From NCBI GenBank assembly GCA_964106915.2, contig OZ066927.1: a stretch of 64,000 bases of DNA; one strand, 5' to 3'. The position numbers were made by a program, and so were the translations under genes. The DNA comes from Podarcis gaigeae (Eukaryota). Of the stretch, positions 52,438 through 64,000 are shown one piece after another. How positions within the stretch are numbered: the stretch's first letter is position 1; each line of letters starts with the position of its first letter. The notes beneath the pieces are model-generated. The model worked only from the letters and a program-made list of their open reading frames with translations. It searched no databases and had not been told where the DNA came from.

Positions 52438-53842
52438 CACCCTTTACACAAAAACAGCCCGAGCCTATGGCATGTCAATGCAGTTTAGAGGCAAAGCTTA
52501 CTAACTTTTACAAATTTTTCCCTTCCATAAAAAGCCTCCTAAAAAGGAGATTACACTCCATTAAAAAAATATCAGCCTCTTTGTACAAGCTGCATTAGAG
52601 AACCAAGGCTTGAAAACCATTTCCATATAGCATAGAAAACCACTCTGATAGCATATCAGCTGCACTGGTGGCAAAGGAGTGTACTGAACCACAGGGTTAT
52701 GCACAGTTACTGTGGTGGCCCTGTCCCTGCTAGGCAAGAAGTTTAGCGTTGATTGTAACAAGCTGCATAGCAGAGACACCAACCCACGCAATACAGTTTC
52801 AAATACTGAACTGCTCTCCACAATACTTCATTCTTGGAGGACACTGAAGGCAGAAGTAACTGAATTGCATTAGACCAAGCAAGCTCTCCCCAAGGACTTG
52901 TATTATGCACAGTAGACTCTGAGGTATTGATCCTTGTCCATCAGCCATTTGCACCACCACAATAGATCATCTCTGTCCAGAGTACATGCCATCACAATGG
53001 TTTAAATATTCTGAATATTAGTAATTCTTATATTTTTTCTTATCTAGCCAGTCTCTTGATTTTTTTTGAAAAGATTTCCACTACAGTAGAATATTACAGA
53101 AACAAAAAATATATATTTAAACGCAGATTTCTAAATGAAACTTACATGGAATAAAACTAGATATTTTTAAACAAATATACAGTATTCAGGCAGTCAAAGC
53201 AGGAAAATGGCCATTCAATTGTATAATAAAAAACTAATAAAACTTGGCTATTCCCAGAAAAACTATGAAGCCGCCTCAACTAAAAGGAATGCATAATGAA
53301 ATTCTAAACTCTAATACAAGTCAAAAATGTAAGAAGGTTATAAACCTTAACAGGAAAAAAAAAAACATTTACTGGCCATTCCTGTTGAAATGAGAATCTT
53401 AAAAGTAACACGAAGTGGCTATAAACCCACTTAGAGAGCACCGAACAGAGAGAAAAGAAAAAGAGTCCATTTTCAATCTCTGTTATTTCATAAAATCCTG
53501 TGTGTGTGTTTATAGGTCAAACTGCTGGTGGCAGAAACAGAATTCTTTAAAAACGGCAGATGTCCTGTACATAAAAAAAATTATTGGAGTTGCACTAGTT
53601 CTAAAGACGCTTCTGTTCTAGCCTACCTACTGTATGGATTCCATTTGGCGAATATTATTATATAAAGTTCTTCTGTAACCCTTGATTATTGTTGGGCACC
53701 AGAGATAAGAAAAGCGAGACAGGGTACAAAAATGCAAAAATTTCAACAGTAATGGCAATGTTTTTGTTTTAGTCCAAAATGAAAAGAAAAAAAAAGGTCC
53801 TGCATTTTCTTCTCCTTCAGCTACCTGGCAAAGCATTGGTGT

Positions 53843-56800
53843 TTAGTCAGGGGGTAGTAAGTCGTGCAAGCGAAATCTGTCTCTGATGTGAGGTCGAACA
53901 TCTTCATTCTAAAAAGAAGCAAGGAAGGAAAAACCAGTAACTTCCATGTCTCACATGTAAGAAACAGCGCTCCACTTGTAAGTGCAGAGTAGTTCTCCAT
54001 CACAGCAGAAGAAAAGATGTCAACAGAGATTCTAATTTTCAACTGCTCACCTGCAGTTTTCCACAATTCCCTTTTATTCAAATGTTATGCCTAAACCTAC
54101 TTCTATGCAGAATTTCCAAGTACACTGACTTCTTGCATGCATGTAAAATCCAGCGAATGATTTTGCTGTTGTTCCTCTCCAACCCAATTCCAGAGACTCA
54201 AGGCAGCTCCACTAATCTAGCCATCCTCTGCAAAATTCCACATTGCTCGGCCTCCTGAAAGCGTTCATCCTTGAGCTTTGGCAGACTTTACATTTACTAA
54301 TGCAGAAGCTATAGCAGGAACGGGGAACCACCAACCCATGTGCCAAATTGGAACCTGTGCTGGGCCACATTAAGCCAGGCAGGCTAGAGGTTCCCCGCCT
54401 CTGCTCTAGCTTCTTATTCCCAAACCACATCAACCTGCCCCACACCTAATGAGACATGCAGCATCAGGTGTGGGGCAGGTGCACAAAGTGCCAAACCTTA
54501 GAAGTGCACGCCTGATTGCTACCACCACCAATTGGTGAATGGGCACTTAAAAAGCTAAAGGTAAAGGGACCCCTCATCATTAGGTCCAGTTGTGGCCGAC
54601 TCTGGGCTTGTGGCACTCATCTCACTTTACTGGCTGAGGGAGTCGGCGTACAGCTTCCGGGTCATGTGGCCAGCATGACTAAGCTGCTTCTGGTGAACCA
54701 GAGCAGCGCACGGAAACGCCATTTACTGTTCCGCTGGAGCGGCACCTATTTATGTACCAGCACTTTGACGTGCTTTCGAACTGCTAGGTTGGCAGGAGCA
54801 GGGACCAAGCAACAGGAGCTCACCCCGTCGCGGGGATTTGAACCGCCGACCTTCTGATCAGCAAGTCCTAGGCTCTGTGGTTTAACCCACAGCGCCACCC
54901 ACGTCCCTCTGAATGGGCACTTAGAGCAAGCCAAGTTCCCCATGAGGAATTCCATAGTGCAGCCAACCCCACAAGAAAGCAGAAGTCAATGACTATCAGC
55001 TGACATATGCTAACTTCAAGCACCATGGGACTTGTTGTACTACTGAGCTCCCCAAACTGAACTCCACAGGGAGTTGAAAGGGCTTGCAAAGAGCAGAGGA
55101 AAAGCTCCTTACAGACAGCCCTGCTAAGTGTTTTGAAGTGCCCGTGATCAGCTGATCAGTGGTGCTGAAATCACTGTGCAGAAATATTTGCAAACCCTGC
55201 ATGATGATCTGGAATCCCAAACAATGTTTTTTTTAGGGAAGGCTTTTTACATCAACATCAGCATCCTGAATTATGCCCAGAAAGCAACACAGGGCCACTA
55301 CACTTGTAATGCTATCAGGCTTTAAGAGGAAAAATTCTATCAAAAGATTAATCACTGAAATACATACCATTTCTACAAGTTTCTCCAGAAAAGGAATCAA
55401 TTTTAGGAGCTCATTGTCATTTTTATCCATGAACCAGCTCTCTATAGGAATTCCATTTGAAAGCTAGAAAAAGCAAAATATCAGAGGCAAGTTTAATTAT
55501 TTATATATTTTTATTTAAATTTCTAAACCCACCCTTCATTCAGCTCACAAGGCATATTATAATTAAATACATGCAATTAAACAGGCCAACACCAGACATA
55601 TGGTCAATTGACAAGAATTTCTGAAGCGAGTTCAGGCAAGTAGCAATGCCATCTTACTGTGAGTTTCATTTTTGGCAATTCCCCTATGAGCCCAACAGTT
55701 CCCAAATATGAAAAGCTGTAACGGTGGGAAAGAAGGCTGGGGAAAGCAGTTGGACACTTCAGTGCATTAAGTGCATCTTGCCTTACTACAGATTGTAGCC
55801 ACAATCAATACAGTGCAACTTCTATTTCTGTCAACGAATCATATCAACACTTTGTTTCCTCTCCATTCCAGAGATTTCATGCTTAATGCTGAAACATCCT
55901 GGCCCCTAATCCAGGAAGGCGTGTGAGGGCAAATCTCTTAACATGACCAAAACTAATACAGGATAAGGTCAACAGCAGAGTCCTAACTCTGATTCAACCA
56001 CATAATTTTACATAAGTACACTTTTTCAGTATTTATCATGAAATACTGTGGTCGCAAACTGCCCTTCAAATTGTAACATACCGTATACGTTTTGTGGTGA
56101 ATTAGGCACTTGCCCCCACATGCATAAACAAAAATCATGCTTTTTTACTTGCTGAGGCTACAGATGAAGTTACGTTAGTTAGCATCTGTTTTGTCTGCAA
56201 AGCCAGCTGCGGAGAAAAAAACACTCACCTGATAGGCAAAGGCTTGTGGTGAATTGTCAATAATAATAGTTTTTGAGAGATCTCTACCAAGGATATTTAA
56301 ATCCTTTATGTAGTTTCCTTGTACACAAACACAATGCTCACGGAAAAGTCGATGCCTGTATTTGGTTAAAAGAACACATTCAGATTACATGGAGAAAAAT
56401 GTATATGAAGCAAATGCTGCTTTTTATAAGATTTCCTCCCTTTCATGGGATTTAATGTTAAGAATTGTCTTTTTATTAAATGGTAGTTTTTTGGTGTGTG
56501 TGGTGTTATATCTATTTGAAAAATAGATGTTAAAAACACAGCTAAAGGTTGCTTTTTCTTGGCTGAAAAATAGGTTTTAAATTCTCTGCAGTACAATATA
56601 TTTACCATATATATATATCACGCAAAACCAAACAAGGCCTTGTGTTCTTAATGATTAATTTGACCAGGAGATGGAGCACCTGTGCTGTTAACTATGGAAG
56701 AAAATCAGGCAATGATGAAGTGTTTTTACAATGATCCCGTAACATTTGGAGTGAACCCAAAGAAAGCCAAGCCTCAACTGCCATCTTTCACGCACAAGTC

Positions 56801-59800
56801 CACCAGGAGAATTCAGTTGTTCTTCTTATGTTGTTATAGTTTTCATGTTTGAGCCTAATTTATTTGTATTGATTTAATTTTTACTATAATCTGCCAAAAG
56901 AACTTTTGTTATTGTGTGGGATATAAATATTATGAATAAATAAAACAGGACAGCTCATCTTCAGGGTTCCAAACATCCAAGTGTGTCTTCCTTCAGAATA
57001 GTACACGCTATCAGGCCGACAGACCCCTCCCCCCAAGTTTCTGTTTTTCCTTCCCAATATTTCAACATTCTGTGGCTCCTGGACACTACTGAGCATGCCC
57101 AGCAAACATTTGGGAGTTTTTCTTTTTTGCTTTTAAAAATGTTTTGTACTTCTGCATACCTCGGGGTTCACCCAAGCGTGCCGATACCTCCCTCCTGTTC
57201 CTCAGTAGCCCAATTCTGTCTGCACTCAGCCACATGAGTTCACTATTAGAAGGAACAAGTGGGACCTGCAACAAAATGTTGCATCATTAACATGAGTGCT
57301 TCTCTTAAGACTTCCAGTCAGTCACATATTTTTCCAGGATACTAGGTGCTGCTAGGGACTCAAGCAAGTCAGTCTACCCCACCCCCCATTCCAGGCCAAC
57401 TGAGTATCCTATTTTTCATTTACCAGTACAGTCCCTCATATATGTAGGAAGTGCTACCTCATTGGCAGGTAGTCCCATTTTTCTCCCATGTGGACCCTTC
57501 AGGTGATGCTGGACTCCAACTCCTGGCACCCCCAGCAGCTAATCAATGGTCAGGGATAGGGATGATGATGGTCAGGGATGGTAGGAGCTGTAACCAACCA
57601 CATCCAGAGGGCCCCCACAGATTTCCCACCCCTGCACTAGACCATCTGAGTTGCTACCACATATATGAATAAAATGGATAATCAAATCCTCCAATAGCAA
57701 ACTCAAGGGGATTGAGTGATGACAGAGAATTGAAGCCAAAATGGGGTCACTGAGAATCAAGAGGAATATTTTAAAATGCTTAGTGATCCCTAAAGTATGC
57801 AGAAATACAACACTTTAAAAAACATCCTGTGGCGATCACACAGGGTCCCCAGACGTTTGACAGTCTATTGATCCCTGTGCCACCACTGTGATTGCCTCCT
57901 CGCTGCCACCAACCCGTTTCTCTCGGGTACACATGGAGTCCAGACAGTTGTTAACATTAACAAATAATCAATTTATTTTATAAGCATGAACAACAACTTA
58001 TAAGCATGTTCCTAACAACTTCAAACTGATTATCCCAACTATCCGACTCCACCTAACAGTTCCTCTCACTCTCTCACATTAAAACTAGACCAACCCACAA
58101 ACGTATCCTCCCTCTTCCTTCTCCAACTCCCCACTGACTTCCAAACAACTCCAACAATAACTCCTCCCCTTGGGTTCCCACTGGCCAATCACTTCACACT
58201 CATTTAACCCTTTCCTTATGACCCACCTAGGAGGGCAAATGCCACCCCCACCCCGGAACATAAGAGTCCAATGAGAACTGAGCATGCCACCAGTGGTCAC
58301 TGCAAGCTGCTATGGAACGCTGACGTAATTTGGTAAAGAAAACTAGGAAATGGAAGTCTGGGATGGGCAGAAATGGAACGAACTGGCCTGCTTGAGCCCC
58401 TCAGAACTTGGGGAAGGTATGGCTGGCAGGTGGGAACCCTGAACATGAGCACTCAGTAGAGCCTGAGGAGACACTGCAGCATTCTGTTGCAGGCACCCAT
58501 TTGTTGTTGTATTGTTCAACGTTTCCAAGGTTTCAAAATAACCTGTTTTCAGCGTTTTATCTGTGTTTCCATGTGTATTCAGATATGATAACTAAAATAC
58601 ACTCAGGTTGTACATCATAATAGTGTATGCTGCAATTCTGATTAAAAAAGAAATAACAGCCACCACTTGGTCATCAAGCTTACCTGACCAGTTGCTTTTT
58701 GGGGTCTAGTATGTTCAGCAATTTGTCTGCATATACTTTCTTTGAAGCAGTAAAAAGAATGATCTGAAAATGAAGGGAGGACATTGTTATTATCTGTTCT
58801 ACTGCTGAAGGCTAAGATAATCATACAAGATCCAAATTAAGTTCCTTTACCTCGTAGATTTGGGACATACGCTCCAAAAATTCTCTGAAGAATGGTCTTA
58901 ATCTCACATAAACCTAGAACAAAAAGAAAAAGCAATTTTAAAATACACAGAATACAATAGGGACATTTTGCTTCAAATGGCAGGGGTTTCTGAAACTATA
59001 GTTGGTGGACAGCAGTGAAAATTTACAGTAAAATACTTATTATATTCAGTAATTGAAGAAGAAATAGTAATGCTAGAGAGGGTGTAAAATTCTTATTACT
59101 GTTTGCTTGTATAATTGGAAAACAAAACAAAACAACAAACAACTCAGTTATTGTTTGGTTCGTATGTTAGTTTGTCCATATGTTTTATGATAAATCAATA
59201 AAAATTACTATTACTACAACTCACTCAAAAACTTGTAGCATCATCTCTTGCACTTGATACAATGGCAATTGTACCAGGCAGTATCTTATTTTTATTTATA
59301 AGAATATTTATAAACCACCAACACATAAAAAGTATCAAAACAGTGTACAGTAAAATCATCATAAAAGTTTTAAAATCTTAAAATTATAGAATCATAAAAT
59401 ACAGAACACTTTGTCTCACCAAAACTGCATCAAATTAATTTTCTACAAACAAGTTTTCCGCAGGCAACAAAATACCAGGATTGTAGGTGCCTGGAACAGT
59501 GTTCCAAATTACTGAAAGCCTTGGTATGCTATTTCAGCAAGTTCCCCTATACGGAAAGCCATGGTATGTGGAGAAACTAAAAAAGTATGGGATAACTGGG
59601 ACAATCAGGAAAGCTTCTCCAGATAAGCACAGTACATAAGGAATAAGGCAGTCCCTTCAGGTGACCTGGTCCCAGGTCATTTAGGTTTATACACCTTTAT
59701 AATACATTGAGCTTAGTTCAATAATGTACTGGCAGCCAGTGCAGAGCTTTCTTCATCCGTGTAATATGCCGTGTTCCATCAACAATTGGGGTGCAGCATA

Positions 59801-62800
59801 CTGCACTAGCTATAATTTCTGAACCAACCTCTAGAGCAGCCCAAAACAGAGTGTGTAGTTCAGTCTAGAAGGTGAGCAAGGGCAGTACTACTGTGGCCAA
59901 ACTATCCCTCCTGGCATAAGTGTGTACAGGATGGAAGCCTTAGCTGTACTCTGTAGCTTCCACAAGAATGTTCCTCAGCAAAGATCCCTGTTTAAAGCAG
60001 GGATGTGCCACCATTTAGCTCACAAAGGACACATGTGGGTGGTTAGCGGCTGCATGCCTGTGGGCAAGGCTGGTGCTGGCTGGGACTGGAGAAAAGGAGA
60101 GCTGAATGAAGTGCACCCCGGGGCCCAAGGGTGCCTTCATTATGTATCTTAGGTGCCAGGCAAACACATTCTCCTTCTCCCAGGCCTTTGGCTAATTAAA
60201 CAATCTATGGCCTTTAAAACTATATGGGGTGGGAGGTATTGCTTTAGTTTGTTACTATGTTATGTATTTTTGTGCTTTTATATTGCAAATCACCCTGTGG
60301 TCCTTAGATGAAGCTAAAAAGCAACCCATTGCAGCAAATTGGGCTCAATATATGGAAGAGATACAGCAGCAGATCCTTTGCTGTTCATCTGCTTTGGTGC
60401 CTGGGGCAAGTTATGGTGGGAAGGGCCACCTGTTTTGTATGCAGAAGGTCCCAGGTTCAATCCCCAACATCTCCAGGTACAACTGGGAGAGAAAATACTG
60501 AGTTCAGCAGACGAACTGTCTAAGTCTAAGTCAGCTTCCTATGTTCTGGTGTTCCCAAGTTATCCCCAGGCGCCTTCCTCCCTATGTAAACAGCATGCCC
60601 CAGTCTGGCAAACAGCTCTTTAGCAGGGTATGGGAAGAGTGACTGCGATGTGGAGGAAGGGATAACTCTCCCTGAATACCTTCCAGTCCATGCAAATTGT
60701 GCTCCCTCAGGTGGGTGGGGGATGAAATTCAGCAGTGAGGGTGGATTGAGTGCCTGTGGTGAGTCACACTGAAGAGCATGAGAAGGTTGCTCTCTAGTGA
60801 ACTAAAGAGAAGTCTTATTCACTGATTAACAATCCCTTCATCAGAACCTCTGCAAGTGCCAATACAAGTTATTAGTACCCAAGTGTGTACTGAGTACTGA
60901 CTCATAGAATCACGGAGTTGGAAGGGACCCCCAAGTGCCATCTAGTCCAACCCCCTGCAATGCAGGAATTGGTTTCCATCCAGAAGAATAAACAATATTT
61001 GGCTGCAAAGTGGACAAAGTTCTTGGGTTCACATTATTTCCAGTTGGTGTCAATAATTTAAGACAAGCTATCAATATGTCTCTGTCTAAGGGAAAAGCAC
61101 AAATGCTAAAGGAGTGAGCAAGGCCTTTAAAAAAACTTCAACTCTAGACAGTTGCTATATTTTAGGATACTTAATTCTATAGTATCTTTCAGTGCCCAAC
61201 TTGCTTTACAACTCTCATTTGCCTTCAAAACCACACTGAGAAACAAATTAAGCAGATCACCACTTCCAAAGGTCCACATGACAGAGAATTTAAACCCCAT
61301 ACTGCCTTCTTGAATCAGTACTGTCACAACAGGCCTTTGCAATCAACAGAAGATGATCATTAAAAAGGGTGGGGAGAGCAAAAGAGTGAACTTGCATGGT
61401 CTCAGTCATTCTTTGCACAGTTAAGTAACTACTTGAACCTTCCTTCCTATTATTATTAATTAAATTTTTAGTCACCAACCCCAAAACCTCCTGATGACTT
61501 ACAGTAAAATAGTTTAAAACATCAAATAAGCAAATACAACCTGTAAGATAAATACAGCAGAACCAAGTTTTTAACAAAGCAACAAACTAATAACAAAATC
61601 CACTCCTCAAGTATGGACACAACCCCCATTAATATTAAAAAAAAATCGAGCTACCCTGGCACAAACATTAAGGGCACCAACTGAGAAGAAGATAGTAAAC
61701 TGCCTGGGAGGAAAGACAGGTATTTGCCTGCTGCCACAAAGACTGGTGCCAGGGGAGCATCTCTGGAGAAAGTACCCCAGAAATGGGGGACAACCACAAA
61801 AAAAGTCTCTCTTGTTGCCATTCTGCTTTTCAGCAAGATCTTGGAGGAAGTCTTCTGGATGACCAAAGGACCCAGATAAGCACAAGCTTGGCTGCAGTAA
61901 TGGACCACATCACTACAACACTTGATCATCATTGTGACCATTTGCACAAAATTAGTTCTAAATAAATTATGTAGCAAATAAAGAGGACTCTGGTCCACAA
62001 AAGGCTTTTGATTGTTTTTGCCTTTTGGAGTTTGACTGAATAATGGTTTTTCAGAGACTAACAATAATATTATGAAGCTGACACTTCACACTTCCTTGCC
62101 ATATTCACTGGGCCCATATCAAAATAGAAGAAATGACACTCAAGCGTCATAGGGGCAAACTCTGTTTATCTATAGCCATAGATGGCCGTGACTGCAATTT
62201 CAAGCATACTTGGAAACTGGTTTCCCCTCAAAGCAATGAAATGTACTTCCATATGTGAGCATTTGGCTTGGGAGGCAAAATGCTTAAGGGTTAGGACCAG
62301 GTCTGGAACATTTACAGCTGCAATTCTTAACTTGCTTACTCTGGAGGAGCTTTTTATGAGACTGGCAGTGGAATAAGTGGATAGAGGATTACAAAGCTTG
62401 AGGTACAGAGGTCACTAAACTCCTAACTAAATGTCCAAGTTTGCAAAAATCAAGTTTTATGGTGCTAGCCCTGTGCTAGGCAGAAAAGGACTGCCAAGAA
62501 ACCAATCACTCAGTCAATCATTTTATTTGTATGCCGCCTTTCCAAATTTAAAACTATGCTCAAGGCAGCTTACAACATATTAAAAAATTGCATAACTACT
62601 AATGTAACAAAAGTAGTTATAAACACTAAACAAAATATCAAAACTATTGAACACTTTCCACTTTAGGATTTTTATTTTGGATTTTACAATTTAACAGCAA
62701 CAGCAACAACAACCCCACCCCAAACAACACCCCCTAAACAATAGCCCAGCCCATGAACCAAGGAGGGGTTTGTAAAATTGGAACTCTACATTTATTCCAC

Positions 62801-64000
62801 CCTAGACTCAAATGTGTTGTTACTCACTTCAGCAATATTTATATAAAGAAACCTCATAAAGTAGTGTTTACTTCTCAGCTGTCCTCAGCAAGATGTAATA
62901 TTGGCAAGCCACAGAAAAGATGATGATGCTATCAGCCAATTTTCAGCTCTTGTTTTTACTATCCAAAATATTCTAAGGTAACTTCCTAACTTATCTAATT
63001 AAAGAGGAAGCTGAACATTGGTGTCACTAAACATTATTTCTTCTGGGGAAAGGAAATACCTCATTTTAAGCCTCAGAATTTTGGAAGGTTTTACAGAACA
63101 AAAAGACAAAATGGAAGTTTTAAAATTAGGGTAAAATACCTGGACAAGTGTCCATTTAAGGTGCCTGGTGTCATTCTCCAAAGATACTACAGAGGAGTCC
63201 AATATCATGCAAATTACATGAAGGGAAGCTGTTGCTACTCCCAGGTACATCACACAATAGGGACCTGAGAACAACAGCCGGGGTGAGTGCAGCATTTTTG
63301 GCAGTTGCTGGAACACACCTCCAACTCTTCCTCTTTCCTCTGTTCTTCACTGACCGAACTGTTGTACACACAGTAGATGGAAGCTAAGAATATGTTGTGA
63401 AGCACAACCAACAGCTAGCAATCTGGTAGTCTCCATCAACAAAAGCAACTCCTGCCACACAAGCAGCACCTAACTATGAAGGAAGAGATGGATCTGCACA
63501 AGTTATTCCCAGGTCTGTATTTTTAATCCCTTCTGAGCAGAATAGCATGGGTCGATTTTACTCAGGCAAGGCAGAAAAGCAAGTCTGCACTAAGCTCTTC
63601 TGTAGTAAAATTATTTAAGCTTCCAGAACTCCTGCCTCCACCTGCTGGCAGGGAGAAAAGCTGCCACATAGAAAGACAGCTAAGAGGAAGCCTTCTGGCT
63701 TCCTCATGCTTGAGCTCTTTACAAATAAATGAAAAGGAAGTGTAAAAGTATGCAAGTGTACAAGGAAGAAGCAGTGTGTCACAATACATCTAATATCTGA
63801 GGACGTGCCTGACAAAATTTCAAAGAATGTAATCAATACTGCTTAATTGCCAATGTTCCAGGGTGGCAAGAAGACACCATGTGCATGACAAGTGTTTGCC
63901 CATTTAATTTATATAAGCAGTTTTATACTTCACCGGAACGTGGTTTTGATTACCTGGTAAATGACATCTTGGAAAAGGACTGGAAATGTGAGTGCAGCAT
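53843..64000 (-). CDS. CTDSPL2: CTD small phosphatase-like 2 (SCP4), last six coding exons; 5' part beyond the right edge
   Basis: Exons on minus: >64000-63954 ([15 protein letters not shown]), 58913-58851 ([21 protein letters not shown]), 58763-58684 ([27 protein letters not shown]), 56355-56229 ([42 protein letters not shown]), 55463-55368 ([32 protein letters not shown]), 53908-53843 ([21 protein letters not shown]). FCP1/SCP phosphatase domain C-terminus. Confidence 0.96.
54550..54909 (-). mobile_element. Full-length Sauria SINE with 14-bp TSD, in the last CTDSPL2 intron
   Basis: Closely similar to the 48649-48997 copy. TSD TGAATGGGCACTTA at 54536-54549 and 54910-54923. Confidence 0.92.
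57828..58304 (-). mobile_element. Possible solo LTR
   Basis: TG...CA ends with imperfect inverted termini (TGTGGCGATCAC / GTGGTCACTGCA), a CCAAT box and minus-strand AATAAA near 57972. No clear TSD. Confidence 0.4.
59300..59930 (-). mobile_element. Decayed L2-like LINE 3' fragment
   Basis: Minus strand TCTAGACTGAACTAC...TTTGGGCTGCTCTAGAGGTTGGTTCAGAAATTA resembles the same RT C-terminal segment as 18960-19443. Confidence 0.55.
60417..60547 (+). mobile_element. Internally deleted tRNA-derived squamate SINE
   Basis: GCAGAAGGTCCCAGGTTCAATCCCC (B-box) head and CAGCTTCCTATGTTC tail. Confidence 0.65.
60903..60970 (-). mobile_element. CR1 LINE 3' tail fragment
   Basis: CATAGAATCAC...GAGTTGGAAGGGACC...CATCTAGTCCAACCCCCTGCAATGCAGGAAT. 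Confidence 0.75.

Larger units (their letters stand above)
50875..53842 (-). other. Long AU-rich CTDSPL2 3'UTR (approximate extent)
   Basis: Transposon-free AT-rich ~3 kb after the TAA. Minus-strand TGTAAATA (Pumilio-type element, 50901-50908) is directly followed by ATTAAA (50892-50897). The end point is inferred. Confidence 0.55.

Noticed and set aside
54040-54095. Strong minus-strand donor CAG|GTGAGC in the last CTDSPL2 intron, a possible cassette exon
   Set aside because: No convincing upstream pyrimidine tract or acceptor; cannot be supported without transcript data.
48642-55089. Duplicated ORFs (KVKG...[11 protein letters not shown]...) suggesting a paralogous gene pair
   Set aside because: They are translations of the two Sauria SINE copies.
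60440-60470. tRNA-like B-box sequence
   Set aside because: SINE head without an acceptor stem or full cloverleaf; not a tRNA gene.
61600-63850. Cluster of 60-137 aa ORFs in a CTDSPL2 intron
   Set aside because: No recognisable motifs, no consistent strand or splice structure, and lengths within chance expectation.

Overview
Vertebrate genomic DNA, most likely from a lacertid lizard (inferred from two full-length Sauria-type SINEs plus squamate CR1, L2-like and MITE repeats). Four spliced protein-coding genes were reconstructed by hand from splice signals and recalled protein similarity. They are CIAO2A/FAM96A (minus strand, exons 1-4, last exon outside the window), a complete 40-exon SPG11 (plus, 4983-36828, about 2434 aa), a complete 8-exon EIF3J (minus, 46618-39176, about 254 aa) and the last six coding exons plus long 3'UTR of CTDSPL2 (minus). 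CIAO2A and SPG11 share a ~440-bp CpG-rich bidirectional promoter, a pairing not seen in human. SPG11 has one U12-type intron and two GC-AG introns, and both head-to-head genes have out-of-frame upstream ATGs. Intronic repeats include a TA-flanked MITE built from consecutive palindromes and a decayed Penelope-type hammerhead-ribozyme inverted pair. Most entries in the ORF track are spurious or partial exons. I found no convincing wholly novel system; the findings are regulatory, splicing and synteny oddities.
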